Below, piece after piece: positions 10,772 to 20,201 of a stretch of DNA of 53,188 nt (position 1 is the first letter of the stretch; each line of letters begins with the position of its first letter). The stretch is taken from positions 1-53,188 of the forward strand of contig JWZX01003274.1 in assembly GCA_001275005.1 (NCBI GenBank), read 5' to 3'. The translations under genes were made by a program, and so were the position numbers. Below the pieces are notes generated by a model, which ran no database searches, was not told the DNA's origin, and saw only the letters and a program-made list of their open reading frames with translations. The stretch comes from Chrysochromulina tobinii. Its lineage: Eukaryota.

Positions 10772-11824
10772 CTATTTGTGCGGATCGGATGGTATCGTGC
10801 GCGGATGGTATCGTCCACCTGTGAGCCGCTGCAAGTGGGGTGGCGTAAATCCGTGCGCATGCACTGCCTTGCAGCGGTAGCGCCCACGCTCTACGTGCAG
10901 CGTGCCCTTCCACGACGTGTGCCACTCGGCACGCGTGGCGTTTTCCTGGACGTATTGCAAGCCGGGGCAGTAGTACTCCTCGGGCAGCATCAGAATTCGC
11001 AATGACTGATGCCCGCTCATCCATTCTAAGCGGATCATCTCCTGATCGCCTTGTCGGACACCACGATGTGCCTTTCCTATGAGACGGGAGGCTGCACCGA
11101 AGAAGAGCTCGTGAACCGCGATGGCATTACTGTACGCAATGAAGCAGCCGCAGATTGGTGGAATCGGCGAGGTCGAATATGGCGGAAAGAAGCGGCCCAC
11201 ATCGAGTGGCGACGCTAAGTCCGCGATGTTGAGGGTTTCGGTGAGGAGCCCGTGCGCGAGCGGTGGCCACACCACGAGCACGTCCTGGTCTAGGTACAGC
11301 GTACGCCTGAAGGGTGACTGCAAGAACGAAGCGAGCTTCCACAGATGGACATTATTCGTGCAGCCCGTATCTCCTGCTGCAGCGCACGTGGCCCAGCTCG
11401 AAGGCAGGCTCAAGAGGCTGCTACTCAAATTGCTGCCTGCGGTGGCGTGTTGCTTGCGCCATCTTGTTCTCAGCCACGGCTCAAATTCGGCACATAAGGC
11501 CAGTGTGCGCGATGCGTCCCACCTTCCGGTTACTGGGAAGCCAGCGGCACTCAGTGCTTCAAGTGCAAACGGATTGGCGGCGAGCATCGTTGGAAATGTC
11601 GGTCGCATGACGTCATGCAGGACATCAGCCGCCGTGACAAGTTCAGAGGTAGCTCGCCGTGCGTCGGCCACCGTGCGCCGCGGCTTCAGGAGATAGAAGA
11701 AGTTGAGCACACCATACGAAAGCCGATCCTTGAGCGCTCCGAGCTGATGCCACCTCACTTCATGGGTTGTCGAGCAGCTAGAGGGAAGCGTTATCCTCGT
11801 GCCTGCTCTGTCGTCACGCGGCAT
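10772..11824 (-). CDS. GT-A-fold glycosyltransferase-like protein (nucleotide-diphospho-sugar transferase); start uncertain
   Basis: K...LQSPFRRTLYLDQD (DxD motif), GDQ motif, LPEEYYCP and a C-terminal His (VHAH). Confidence 0.65.
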   Translation of the reverse strand: MPRDDRAGTRITLPSSCSTTHEVRWHQLGALKDRLSYGVLNFFYLLKPRRTVADARRATSELVTAADVLHDVMRPTFPTMLAANPFALEALSAAGFPVTGRWDASRTLALCAEFEPWLRTRWRKQHATAGSNLSSSLLSLPSSWATCAAAGDTGCTNNVHLWKLASFLQSPFRRTLYLDQDVLVVWPPLAHGLLTETLNIADLASPLDVGRFFPPYSTSPIPPICGCFIAYSNAIAVHELFFGAASRLIGKAHRGVRQGDQEMIRLEWMSGHQSLRILMLPEEYYCPGLQYVQENATRAEWHTSWKGTLHVERGRYRCKAVHAHGFTPPHLQRLTGGRYHPRTIPSDPHK

Positions 11825-11963
11825 TCGAGCGCGACCGCGACCGACGAAACCCTCGTGGTCATGCCAAATCCAAACGCCGCGAATAGCGCATACCCAATAC
11901 CCTCGCAAATGCTCTCGCCTATTCACGCCCTCTGTGGACGCACGAAACTTCACCGTTCACAGC

Positions 11964-12989
11964 ATGGTCCGTGTAAATCCGCGTCGCGAAAAGCTCTGGC
12001 TCATCTCCGCCATGTTGGCATGTTCGGTGTTGCGATCGCGGTTTCTAGCCCTCTTCGCCGGCATCCTTCGCGCGTGCGCCAACCACGGCGAGAAGGTCAC
12101 CGGCACTGGTGCGTGGAAGATCCCCGCGGGTTTCCGCTACAACCTCGATAGTTCGTTCGCCGATGGCATCGCGGCCGTCGCAGGCTTGAACGCTTCGCTG
12201 CTTGATGTAGGAGCCGGAAAAGGCCTATACGTGCGATACCTGCGCGCGCACGGCCTGCGCGCCAATGGCGTGGAGGGCGTTGAAAACATCGCGGCGCTGA
12301 CCGGTGGCCTCGTGCGGCAGCAGGACCTGACCAAACCAATGGCATGCGAGCCAAACGACTTGGTCATGTGCCTCGAGGTCGGCGAGCACATCCCGTGGCC
12401 GTTTCAGTACGTGTTCTTGCGCAACCTCAACTGCTCGACGCATCCCACGACAGGTCGACTCGTGCTCACCTGGGCGCCGCCGGGCCAGTACGGCTCCGGG
12501 CACGTGAACAATCGGCCAGCGAGCGCGATTCGCAATTGGCTCACGAGCAACCACTCGTGCCAGAACCAGAGTGGATGGTCTGGCCAGGAGGTGGTCGGTT
12601 GCGATTGGCAGCAGCAGCTGCCGGGCTTTGGGTTCGAGTTTGACGCCCCCACGACCCAGTACCTGCGCGAGCTGATCGGGCTCGGGTACTTCCGTGCGAA
12701 CGCGCTTCAAGTCTTCCGGCGGCCTAGTGCGCCACCCGCCAAGCTGCTGCCGATCCCGACCCCGCGGCGCGCGAGCAACATGACGACTGTCGCAGTGCGC
12801 TACTTGCGGCGCAGCCATGCCGTCGCCAGCGCGATGGCCGCCGAGGCGATGGGCTTGATGCCACCAAAGGAGCACTATGACAAGACTGGACGCGTCGGCA
12901 TCGGGGCGGTCAGCCGAGAGCTCCGAAATATAGAGAGCCATCTGGCTTTGCTCTCCAGCTTGGAGCGCCGAGAGATGGAGGCCGGTTGA
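11964..12989 (+). CDS. Class I SAM-dependent methyltransferase, possibly secretory-pathway
   Basis: Motif I LLDVGAGKG, GVEG, DLT, CLEVGEHIP and WAPPGQxGxGHVN; hydrophobic N-terminal segment from ATG 12012. Confidence 0.8.
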   Translation: MVRVNPRREKLWLISAMLACSVLRSRFLALFAGILRACANHGEKVTGTGAWKIPAGFRYNLDSSFADGIAAVAGLNASLLDVGAGKGLYVRYLRAHGLRANGVEGVENIAALTGGLVRQQDLTKPMACEPNDLVMCLEVGEHIPWPFQYVFLRNLNCSTHPTTGRLVLTWAPPGQYGSGHVNNRPASAIRNWLTSNHSCQNQSGWSGQEVVGCDWQQQLPGFGFEFDAPTTQYLRELIGLGYFRANALQVFRRPSAPPAKLLPIPTPRRASNMTTVAVRYLRRSHAVASAMAAEAMGLMPPKEHYDKTGRVGIGAVSRELRNIESHLALLSSLERREMEAG

Positions 12990-13062
12990 TTTCGCAATAG
13001 AGTTCACATCTCGCAATAGAGTTCACGTCTCGCAAAAATCTCGCAATAGAAACTTCACATCT
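12990..13062. repeat. Tandem repeat of about 19 bp (tctcgcaatagagttcaca), 3-4 degenerate copies just after the stop codon
   Basis: Visible directly. Confidence 0.75.
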
Positions 13063-13273
13063 CGGAGATCATCCGATCTCGCTCCAGTCGTTTGCGCAGC
13101 GGCACAGGCGTGCCCGCAGGCGGCTGCTTCCGCTTGCGGCACTCAATTGGAAGGGCCGCCGGCGGCACGAGGTCAACGTGGTGACGTCCGCGGCTTGCGC
13201 CGGCGCCCGCGTTGCATGCTGCGCAACATCCCCCTGCTCGGTCGCAAGCAGCGGGAATGGGCACGAACTACTC

Positions 13274-13359
13274 TTCACAGCCAATGTTTAGAATTCGACA
13301 CCCAAGTCTTCACAATGTACAGAAACGTTTTCACAGCCAATGTTTGTAATTCGACACCC
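13274..13359 (+). promoter_or_regulatory. 30-bp direct repeat containing CCAAT, immediately upstream of the GH127 ATG
   Basis: ttcacagccaatgttt(ag/gt)aattcgacaccc at 13274-13303 and 13330-13359; a regulatory role is inferred only from position. Confidence 0.4.
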
Positions 13360-13361
13360 CC

Positions 13362-16300
13362 ATGAATTTGATTACGCCGCGTGGGCTGCTTCTCATCGCG
13401 GTCGCGGCGGCGGCGCTGCTTGTTACCTTCACGGGCTCGCTGGACGTGACATCAGTGTCCCGACCGATGACGTCACGCTCCGTCGAGCTGGTGAACGCCG
13501 ATCCGCAACGACCTGTGCAGATTGGAGGCACAGTCACGGCGGCGCCACAGGATGACTCCGGCTGGCTGCCTCCACCACCACCACGTGTAGCTGCAGCGGC
13601 AGTGGCGTCCACGCGCCGTGGGACGACGACATTGCAGTGCCCAGCCTACGCCGGCCCAATGTTCTTCCCCTACTATCCGGGTGCAAAGAGTGTGCCGCGG
13701 CACGCAGTACAGTCCGTGGCACTGCCGGGTCCTCTGGAGGAGCAGCCGCTCGCCTCGCCAGCGCAGCGCGTGCGGCTGAAGCCGTTTGCGCTGCCGGACG
13801 TGCGCCTCGAGCCGAGCTCGCGTTTTGGCGTCTCGCAGCGAACGAACGCCGCCTTTCTGCACAAGCTCGACATCGACAGGCTCCTCTACTTCTTCCGCAG
13901 GCTCGCTGGGCTGCCGCAGCCGCGCGCGGACATCAGCCCGTACGGAGGGTGGGAGTCACAAGGGAGCGGGCTGCGCGGAGAATTTGCCGGCCACTACTTG
14001 CATGCCGCCGCCGCCGCTGCCGCAGCCACCTCGGATGCGATCCTGCATGCACGATGCGAGCAGATGGTCACCGTGCTCGAGGAATGCCAGCAAGCCCTCG
14101 GCCAGAGCGGCTACGTGAGCGCCTTTCCGTCGTCCGAGTTCCAAACCGTCGAGGATTTCAGCTCGCGCTCGCCATGGGTGCCATATTATGTGATGCACAA
14201 GCTCCTCGCTGGGCTCATCAGCACGCACGAGTTGCTGGGATCGAAGACGGCGCTGCGCGTCGCGCTTCGGCTCGGTGCGCACCTACGCACGCGCGTCGAG
14301 CGGCTCCTTGCCAGGGGCCTTTCCGTTTGGCACGACTTTATCAACCAAGAGGTGGGCGGCATGTCGGAGGCGCTCGCCGACCTCGCGCGCGTCACCCGCA
14401 ACTCGAGCTGGCTGCAACTCGCCGCGCTCTTTGAACGGCCGTGCTTCGTGGGCCCCCTCGCCCTCGGCGATGGAGCAGGCGCCATTGAGCGCGTCCATGC
14501 CAACACGCACCTGCCGCAGCTGCTGGGTGCGATGGCACGCTATGAGGCCACGGGCGACGACGCGCTCCGGATGGCGGCAGAGGTCTTCTGGGACGAGCTG
14601 AGCAAGCATCACCTCTTCGCCACCGGCGGCTCGACCACTGGGGAGGTGTGGCTGCGGGCGGGCTTGCAAGGCGACGCCGTCGCGCATCAGCGCAAGGACA
14701 ACTACTGGGCGCACGACCAGGCGGAGACGTGCGTGGCTCACAACTCGATGCGGGTCTCGCGCCGGCTGCTGCAATGGAGCCCGTGGCCTACCGGCGCGGA
14801 CGCGTCGCCCGCCGAGGCGACGGCGCGCGTCCTGAGGCATGCATCCTACCTCGAGCGGACGCTGTACAATGCGGTGCTTGGTACCCAGCGCGGAACGCTG
14901 CCCGGCCAAATGCTCTACATGTTCCCGCTCGGCTCGGGCGTGAGCAAGGCTGGTATCCCCGACGCCCCCCAGGGCCATCACTGGAGTGACGAGGAACATC
15001 ACTTCTGGTGCTGCCAGGGCAGCGGCATAGAGGCTTTCGCGCGCCTTGCGGACACGATCTTCTGGCGACGCGACGGAGGCAGCCCGCCGCTCCTCTTCGT
15101 GTTGCAGCTGCTGCCGAGCTCGCTCATCTGGCGGGAAGCTGCGATCCGCGTGGCCGTCGGTGGCGACTACCCAGGCTCCAGCGGCGCGGGCGTGCCACTT
15201 CGTGTGCACGTGAGCTTTGAGAGGTTGGTGAGCGATGGAGTCAGCGGTGGAGCGAGCGGCGGCGAGGCCAACAGGGCCGGGGCACGCGGCGGCGGGGTGA
15301 GCGGCGGCGGGGTGAGCGGCGGCGGGACGGCGCCCGCGCCCCTTGACATCCTCCTGCGGCTGCCGCAATGGGCGAGCCATTTGCGGCTCGTCTCCACGGG
15401 AGCGCTGAGCACCCCGGGCAACTCACTTGAGATGGCCACAGCTGGCTCGCTGCTACCCTTACGCCTAGCGCCAAACGCCAACGGCTCGCTCAGCGTCGAG
15501 ATGATGCCCACCATCAGCTGGGAGAAGATCAAGGACAGCCGACCCATTTTTGCGTCGCTCCACGCGGTGCTCTACGGACCCCTCGTCCTCGGTGGTTTCA
15601 CCTATGCCGAGCGCTCGCTCCCGCTCGGCGCCGCACTCATGCCAGTGCCGCCCGCCGTGCGCTCGCAGCTCGGCTCGGTGCGCGTGCATGTGCCCTCATC
15701 TGTGGCGGGCATGGGCATCGTCGATGGATGCCTCGTGAGCAAGTGGAAGAATGTGTGGGTGGTTCACAAGGACCGGACGCGCTCGTTCATGCCGCAGGGC
15801 CAAGTGCCGGCCGAGTGCCTCACGCGGGCTACACCCATTGAGGATCAGCTCGCCGATTTCCCACAGGCGCATGGTGGTGGTAAGGGGTATACTCTCGAGG
15901 CGGCGCAAATAGCACACGCGTGCGCGCGGCTCGACGGGTGCATCCTGCCCGAAGGCACGAGCGCCTTCGCTTCCGGAAAGCTGTTCCTGATGCACCTAGG
16001 GGTGGGCAGCCCGGCGGTGCTCGCCGCGCCACCGCCGACAGTGCCCGGCACGCGGCGCGGCGGTACGGACGCGGCGAATGCTGCGACCTGGAGGCTGACC
16101 GACTCACCCGTCGGACTGGACGCACCCCTCGCATCCGGCCTCTACCTTGAGAGTTTCGAGCTGCCTGGACACGTGCTCACCTGCACGAACCTTCCCGCGA
16201 GCAGCGGCACCGGGGCTTTCCGGCTGGAGCTCCAGCGCGCGCGCCGCAACGACAAGGCGCAGCTATGGCTGCAGACGCCTGCCGCTGCCGGCAGCAGTGG

Positions 16301-16739
16301 CGGTAGCAGCAGTCCTAGCGTCGACGCAGCCAAGCTAACGTCGATGCTTCTCGAGAGCGTCGGCAGACCGGGCCATGTGCTTGCCGTCGAGCCCCGGAAG
16401 GAGCCTGCGGGCGGCGGTGGCAAGAGCGCCCCCGGCGCGCCGCCGGCGGGCCTTGTCGTGCCGCACCGAGGTGCCGCCGTCTCTCGCGAATGGGAGCCTG
16501 TGCTCTCGCCGAACCGCGATGAGGCCGCCGCCGTCGATATCGAGGCATCATTTGCCGAGTACGCGCCCACCTCGTTCTGGCTGGCGCGGCCATCGCATGC
16601 TGCGGAGGCCGAGCCGCCTGGCTCACGCCCCTTTCTATTGATGCCGCTCAATGAGTTCCAGGACGAGCACTATAATGTGTATTGGTGCAAACCCGCAACG
16701 GTAGGGGAAGCGGCAAAGCCTCCGAGGCATTGCGTGTGA
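13362..16739 (+). CDS. GH127/GH146-type beta-L-arabinofuranosidase-like protein (DUF1680) with N-terminal signal/anchor and C-terminal accessory domains
   Basis: PYGGWE...LRGEFAGHYL, WVPYYVMHK, EVGGM, HANTHLP, TGG, ETC and FWCCQG motifs (Zn-binding Cys / catalytic Glu set), YGPLVL. Confidence 0.9.
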   Translation: MNLITPRGLLLIAVAAAALLVTFTGSLDVTSVSRPMTSRSVELVNADPQRPVQIGGTVTAAPQDDSGWLPPPPPRVAAAAVASTRRGTTTLQCPAYAGPMFFPYYPGAKSVPRHAVQSVALPGPLEEQPLASPAQRVRLKPFALPDVRLEPSSRFGVSQRTNAAFLHKLDIDRLLYFFRRLAGLPQPRADISPYGGWESQGSGLRGEFAGHYLHAAAAAAAATSDAILHARCEQMVTVLEECQQALGQSGYVSAFPSSEFQTVEDFSSRSPWVPYYVMHKLLAGLISTHELLGSKTALRVALRLGAHLRTRVERLLARGLSVWHDFINQEVGGMSEALADLARVTRNSSWLQLAALFERPCFVGPLALGDGAGAIERVHANTHLPQLLGAMARYEATGDDALRMAAEVFWDELSKHHLFATGGSTTGEVWLRAGLQGDAVAHQRKDNYWAHDQAETCVAHNSMRVSRRLLQWSPWPTGADASPAEATARVLRHASYLERTLYNAVLGTQRGTLPGQMLYMFPLGSGVSKAGIPDAPQGHHWSDEEHHFWCCQGSGIEAFARLADTIFWRRDGGSPPLLFVLQLLPSSLIWREAAIRVAVGGDYPGSSGAGVPLRVHVSFERLVSDGVSGGASGGEANRAGARGGGVSGGGVSGGGTAPAPLDILLRLPQWASHLRLVSTGALSTPGNSLEMATAGSLLPLRLAPNANGSLSVEMMPTISWEKIKDSRPIFASLHAVLYGPLVLGGFTYAERSLPLGAALMPVPPAVRSQLGSVRVHVPSSVAGMGIVDGCLVSKWKNVWVVHKDRTRSFMPQGQVPAECLTRATPIEDQLADFPQAHGGGKGYTLEAAQIAHACARLDGCILPEGTSAFASGKLFLMHLGVGSPAVLAAPPPTVPGTRRGGTDAANAATWRLTDSPVGLDAPLASGLYLESFELPGHVLTCTNLPASSGTGAFRLELQRARRNDKAQLWLQTPAAAGSSGGSSSPSVDAAKLTSMLLESVGRPGHVLAVEPRKEPAGGGGKSAPGAPPAGLVVPHRGAAVSREWEPVLSPNRDEAAAVDIEASFAEYAPTSFWLARPSHAAEAEPPGSRPFLLMPLNEFQDEHYNVYWCKPATVGEAAKPPRHCV

Positions 16740-16792
16740 GCCCTGAGCCGTGCTCCATCGAGGTATAGCGCCGTGCAGAGCACCTGCAAAAT

Positions 16793-16872
16793 AGTCAAAT
16801 CAAGTCACTTCGAGCACAACAGACTGCTTGACTTGTCTTGTCTTCAAGTTCAAGTTCGAGTTCAAGTTGACT
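16793..16872. repeat. Degenerate TCAAG/CTTGA pentamer patch
   Basis: agtcaaatcaagtca...cttgacttg...ttcaagttcaagttcgagttcaagttgactt. Confidence 0.55.
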
Positions 16873-16996
16873 TAACCCGAAATTTTCAATCTGGGTGAAT
16901 CACAACTTCTTTTTTCGCGACTTTATTCGTTGCAGGGTTTGTGTCATTTTTGGTCTTGCCCGAATACACCAAGCGTTTGGGCTGCAGGCCTAACAA

Positions 16997-19714
16997 ATGC
17001 CGCCCAAGAGGGGCTCTCCCGCGAAGGACTACAACAACTCCGGCGGCTCCCCCCCGAAATCGTTCATGCAGGACGCTTCGCCGCTGCTAAGCAAGAACGC
17101 GCCCAGGAGCGACGCCCTTGCACGTGCCGGGTCCCCAGCCGCCGCTGCAGCCAAGAGGGAGCCGATTGGATCCAACATGGAGATTCAGGATGACAGCAGC
17201 GCCCCCAGCAGCTTCGTGAAGTACGTGACGCCTGCGTGCTGCGCCCTCGCGGTCCTCGCCTTTATGGCGGTTGCCTACGCGGCGACCTACCTAACACGCG
17301 ACGATGAGGATACTCCTGAGTTCACCGCTGTCGAGAAGAGCCTCGGCATCTATGCTGCCGTCGAGAGCTTTGTGCCCTGGTGGTTCGGCAGCGATTCTGA
17401 GCCGGAGACATGCAAAGACGGCCTGCTGATCACGGGACCCGTGCAGACGCCCGCGAACGCCGCGCTCTTCCTGACGATTCTGCTCTGGATGTTCCTCGCA
17501 GTCGCAATCGTGGCCGACCTCTTCATGGAGGCGATCGAGGCCATCACCTCGCAGGAGACTACGACGCGCACGACGCTGCCAAACGGCCGTACGAAGTCCG
17601 TGACGTCGCGCGTGTGGAATCCGACCGTCGCCAATCTCACGCTGATGGCCCTCGGCTCCTCCTCGCCCGAGATCCTGCTCTCGATCATCGAGATCGTGAG
17701 CTCGGGCTTTTACGCGGGCGAGCTCGGCCCGTCGACGATCGTGGGCTCGGCCGCGTTCAACCTGATGGTCATCTCGGCGGTGTGCGTGATGGCGATCCCG
17801 AATGGCGAGGGGCGGTACATCAAGGACACAAACGTCTTCTACATGACCGCCACGTGGTCTATCCTGGCGTACATTTGGTTGTACGTGATCCTTGTCATCG
17901 CCACGCCCGACATCGTCACGATGTTCGAGGGTGTCTTCACCTTCGTCCTCTTCTTCATTTTCGTCCAGCTCTCCTATATGACCGACATCGGCGCCTTCAA
18001 TAACTTGTCTTTCACCGCCCTCTCCAGGCGTTGCTGCCGAGGCAAGAAAGTCTCGGAGACTTCCTGGAAACGTATGCGTCGCGTGGAGACTTCCTCGAAA
18101 GCCACTGCCGCCACTAAGAAGTCGTATGCCGCGTACCGCATCGGCGCGACGCGCGAAGCGACGGGTGCGGCGACGCGCGAGGACATTGCCAAGGAGTTTG
18201 GACTGTCTCTGCCCCACGAGAACCTGAACCAAAAGAGTCTCGAGAACAAGGGCGTCTTCGAGTTTGCCCACTCGAAGGTGATGTGCAACGCCGCGTCCAC
18301 CGCATTCGAGCCTTGGGTCGACGTGCACGTGGTGCGCCACGGCAGCGTGCTGGCGCCCGCGTCAGTCTCGTACACGTGCACGGAGGGGGGCGGAACAGTC
18401 GCCAAGGGAACCGTCGAATTTGGGCCGGGCCAGCTGCTTGCCAATCTGCGGTTCGAGATTTCGGAGGAGGACAAGGCGAAGCCGAGCAGCAGCGTGATCT
18501 TCACGGTGGAGCTCTCGGCGCCGTCCGCGGGCAACATGCTCGGCGCGGTCACCATGTGCGCGGCGCGCATCAAGGACGGGAACGCGCCCGGTGTCTTCAT
18601 TCTCAACAAGGACTTAATCGAGGTCCCGGAGCACAAAGGCAGTTATTCCATCAAGGTGCGGCGCATCGACGGGAGCAGGGGCACAGTGAGCTGCCTTGTC
18701 TCGACGCAGGACGGCACGGCAATCGCACCGAACGACTACGAGCCCATCGTGGACCAGCTGCTTGAGTTTGGCGACGGTGTGACCGAGCGCTCCGTCACCG
18801 TGAACATCGTCAACGATAGCTCCTTTGAGGGCGATGAGGACTTCAAGCTGATCTTCTCAGGCGCCCAGGGTGGCGCTCGTTTCTCGGAAGAGTGCAACGG
18901 CGGGCCCGAGCGCGCGCTCGCGACGGTCAACATCAAATGCGACGATCATGAGGTCGGTTGCGAGGGCCTCCTGGTGCGCCTCGGTATCAACGCCGATGAG
19001 ATGCAGGTTGTCGGCTTCTCGTGGAGAGCTCAATTCGATGACGTGATCCGCTACGACGGTGAGAGCCCAATCGAGGCGCTGCTGTACGTGCTCGCGATGC
19101 CCTGGCGCTTTATCTGCGCCTTTGCGCCGCCGCCGCGGCTGCACGGTGGCTGGACGTGCTTCTGGGTCGTCCTGTCCATCATTGGCATCCTGACCGCCGT
19201 CATCGGCGACGTTGCGGCGCATCTGGGCTGCTGCATGGGCATCAAGGCCTCGACGACCGCGATCACTCTCGTCGCGATGGGCACCTCTCTGCCCGACACG
19301 TTTGCGAGCAAGACCGCCGCCGCGAATGAGGAGTATGCCGACGCGTCGATTGGCAACATCACCGGCTCCAATAGCGTCAACGTCTTCCTCGGCCTCGGGC
19401 TGCCCTGGGCCATGGCCGCCGTCTACTGGGGAGTCCTGTTCAGCCCCGACAAAGAGGCCAGCTGGCGCGCGCGCTACTCTGAGGAGCCGTGGTACTCGCC
19501 TGGCATGCCCGTTGCGTTCGCAGTGCCCGCAGGCGATCTGGGCTATTCGGTGGGCGTCTTTCTGATCTGCGGCACCACGACCCTCGCAGTGCTGCTGCTG
19601 CGCCGCGCCGTGTTGGGCTTCGAGATCGGCGGCCCTCCCCACCTGGCCATGCTCACCGCGGGGTTCCTTGTCTTGCTCTGGTTCCTTTACATTGCACTCT
19701 GCGTCACCAAGTAG
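16997..19714 (+). CDS. NCX: Na+/Ca2+ exchanger (NCX/SLC8 type) with two Calx-beta domains
   Basis: Alpha-1 repeat NLTLMALGSSSPE...GSAAFN; alpha-2 repeat AMGTSLPDTFAS...NITGSNSVNVFLGLG; Calx-beta motif TQDGTAIAPNDY...FEGDEDF. Confidence 0.93.
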   Translation: MPPKRGSPAKDYNNSGGSPPKSFMQDASPLLSKNAPRSDALARAGSPAAAAAKREPIGSNMEIQDDSSAPSSFVKYVTPACCALAVLAFMAVAYAATYLTRDDEDTPEFTAVEKSLGIYAAVESFVPWWFGSDSEPETCKDGLLITGPVQTPANAALFLTILLWMFLAVAIVADLFMEAIEAITSQETTTRTTLPNGRTKSVTSRVWNPTVANLTLMALGSSSPEILLSIIEIVSSGFYAGELGPSTIVGSAAFNLMVISAVCVMAIPNGEGRYIKDTNVFYMTATWSILAYIWLYVILVIATPDIVTMFEGVFTFVLFFIFVQLSYMTDIGAFNNLSFTALSRRCCRGKKVSETSWKRMRRVETSSKATAATKKSYAAYRIGATREATGAATREDIAKEFGLSLPHENLNQKSLENKGVFEFAHSKVMCNAASTAFEPWVDVHVVRHGSVLAPASVSYTCTEGGGTVAKGTVEFGPGQLLANLRFEISEEDKAKPSSSVIFTVELSAPSAGNMLGAVTMCAARIKDGNAPGVFILNKDLIEVPEHKGSYSIKVRRIDGSRGTVSCLVSTQDGTAIAPNDYEPIVDQLLEFGDGVTERSVTVNIVNDSSFEGDEDFKLIFSGAQGGARFSEECNGGPERALATVNIKCDDHEVGCEGLLVRLGINADEMQVVGFSWRAQFDDVIRYDGESPIEALLYVLAMPWRFICAFAPPPRLHGGWTCFWVVLSIIGILTAVIGDVAAHLGCCMGIKASTTAITLVAMGTSLPDTFASKTAAANEEYADASIGNITGSNSVNVFLGLGLPWAMAAVYWGVLFSPDKEASWRARYSEEPWYSPGMPVAFAVPAGDLGYSVGVFLICGTTTLAVLLLRRAVLGFEIGGPPHLAMLTAGFLVLLWFLYIALCVTK

Positions 19715-20201
19715 AGCGACTCCATGGGCACGATGAAGAGGTCGGACGTCCAGATGACCGTGGAGACGCGAGCGATGGACGCGCGCGCCGCGGTTGTACA
19801 CAAGAAACTATTTGCCTTCTTCCATCCCTATTGCTCTCCTCGTATTGTGCCAATTTCCTGTTGCATATGCTCCCAAGGCCCATATGCCTGCACAATCGAA
19901 TGATGAGCCTTCTGAACGGATGAGTGACGTTGCCTGTCGTCCGTCGCCGTGCTGAATTGCGGCGAGAGGGGCGGCGTGTCATGGACAGCACAACTCGGTG
20001 TAACGGAGTCTGTGGGTGTGGTATTCTTGATACAATCGGTGTACTAAGCGTGTTTGTGTTAGTGATAGTGCGATACCGCATGCAGTGTCGTATAATAATG
20101 GTGTGTCGCAACCGAATCGCAATCGATCATGAAATCTCAAGCTCCGTGTCCAGTCCGTCCGGGGTCCTGACCTCCGGTCGGATCCTGCAGGATGGTCCGG
20201 T

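Noticed and set aside
11799..11953. Apparent overlap of the GT-like and methyltransferase ORFs
   Set aside because: Both extensions use GTG starts; ATG starts at 11824 and 11964 do not overlap.
16997..19714. NCX as evidence of calcification
   Set aside because: NCX exchangers are widespread; nothing in the sequence ties this one to biomineralisation.
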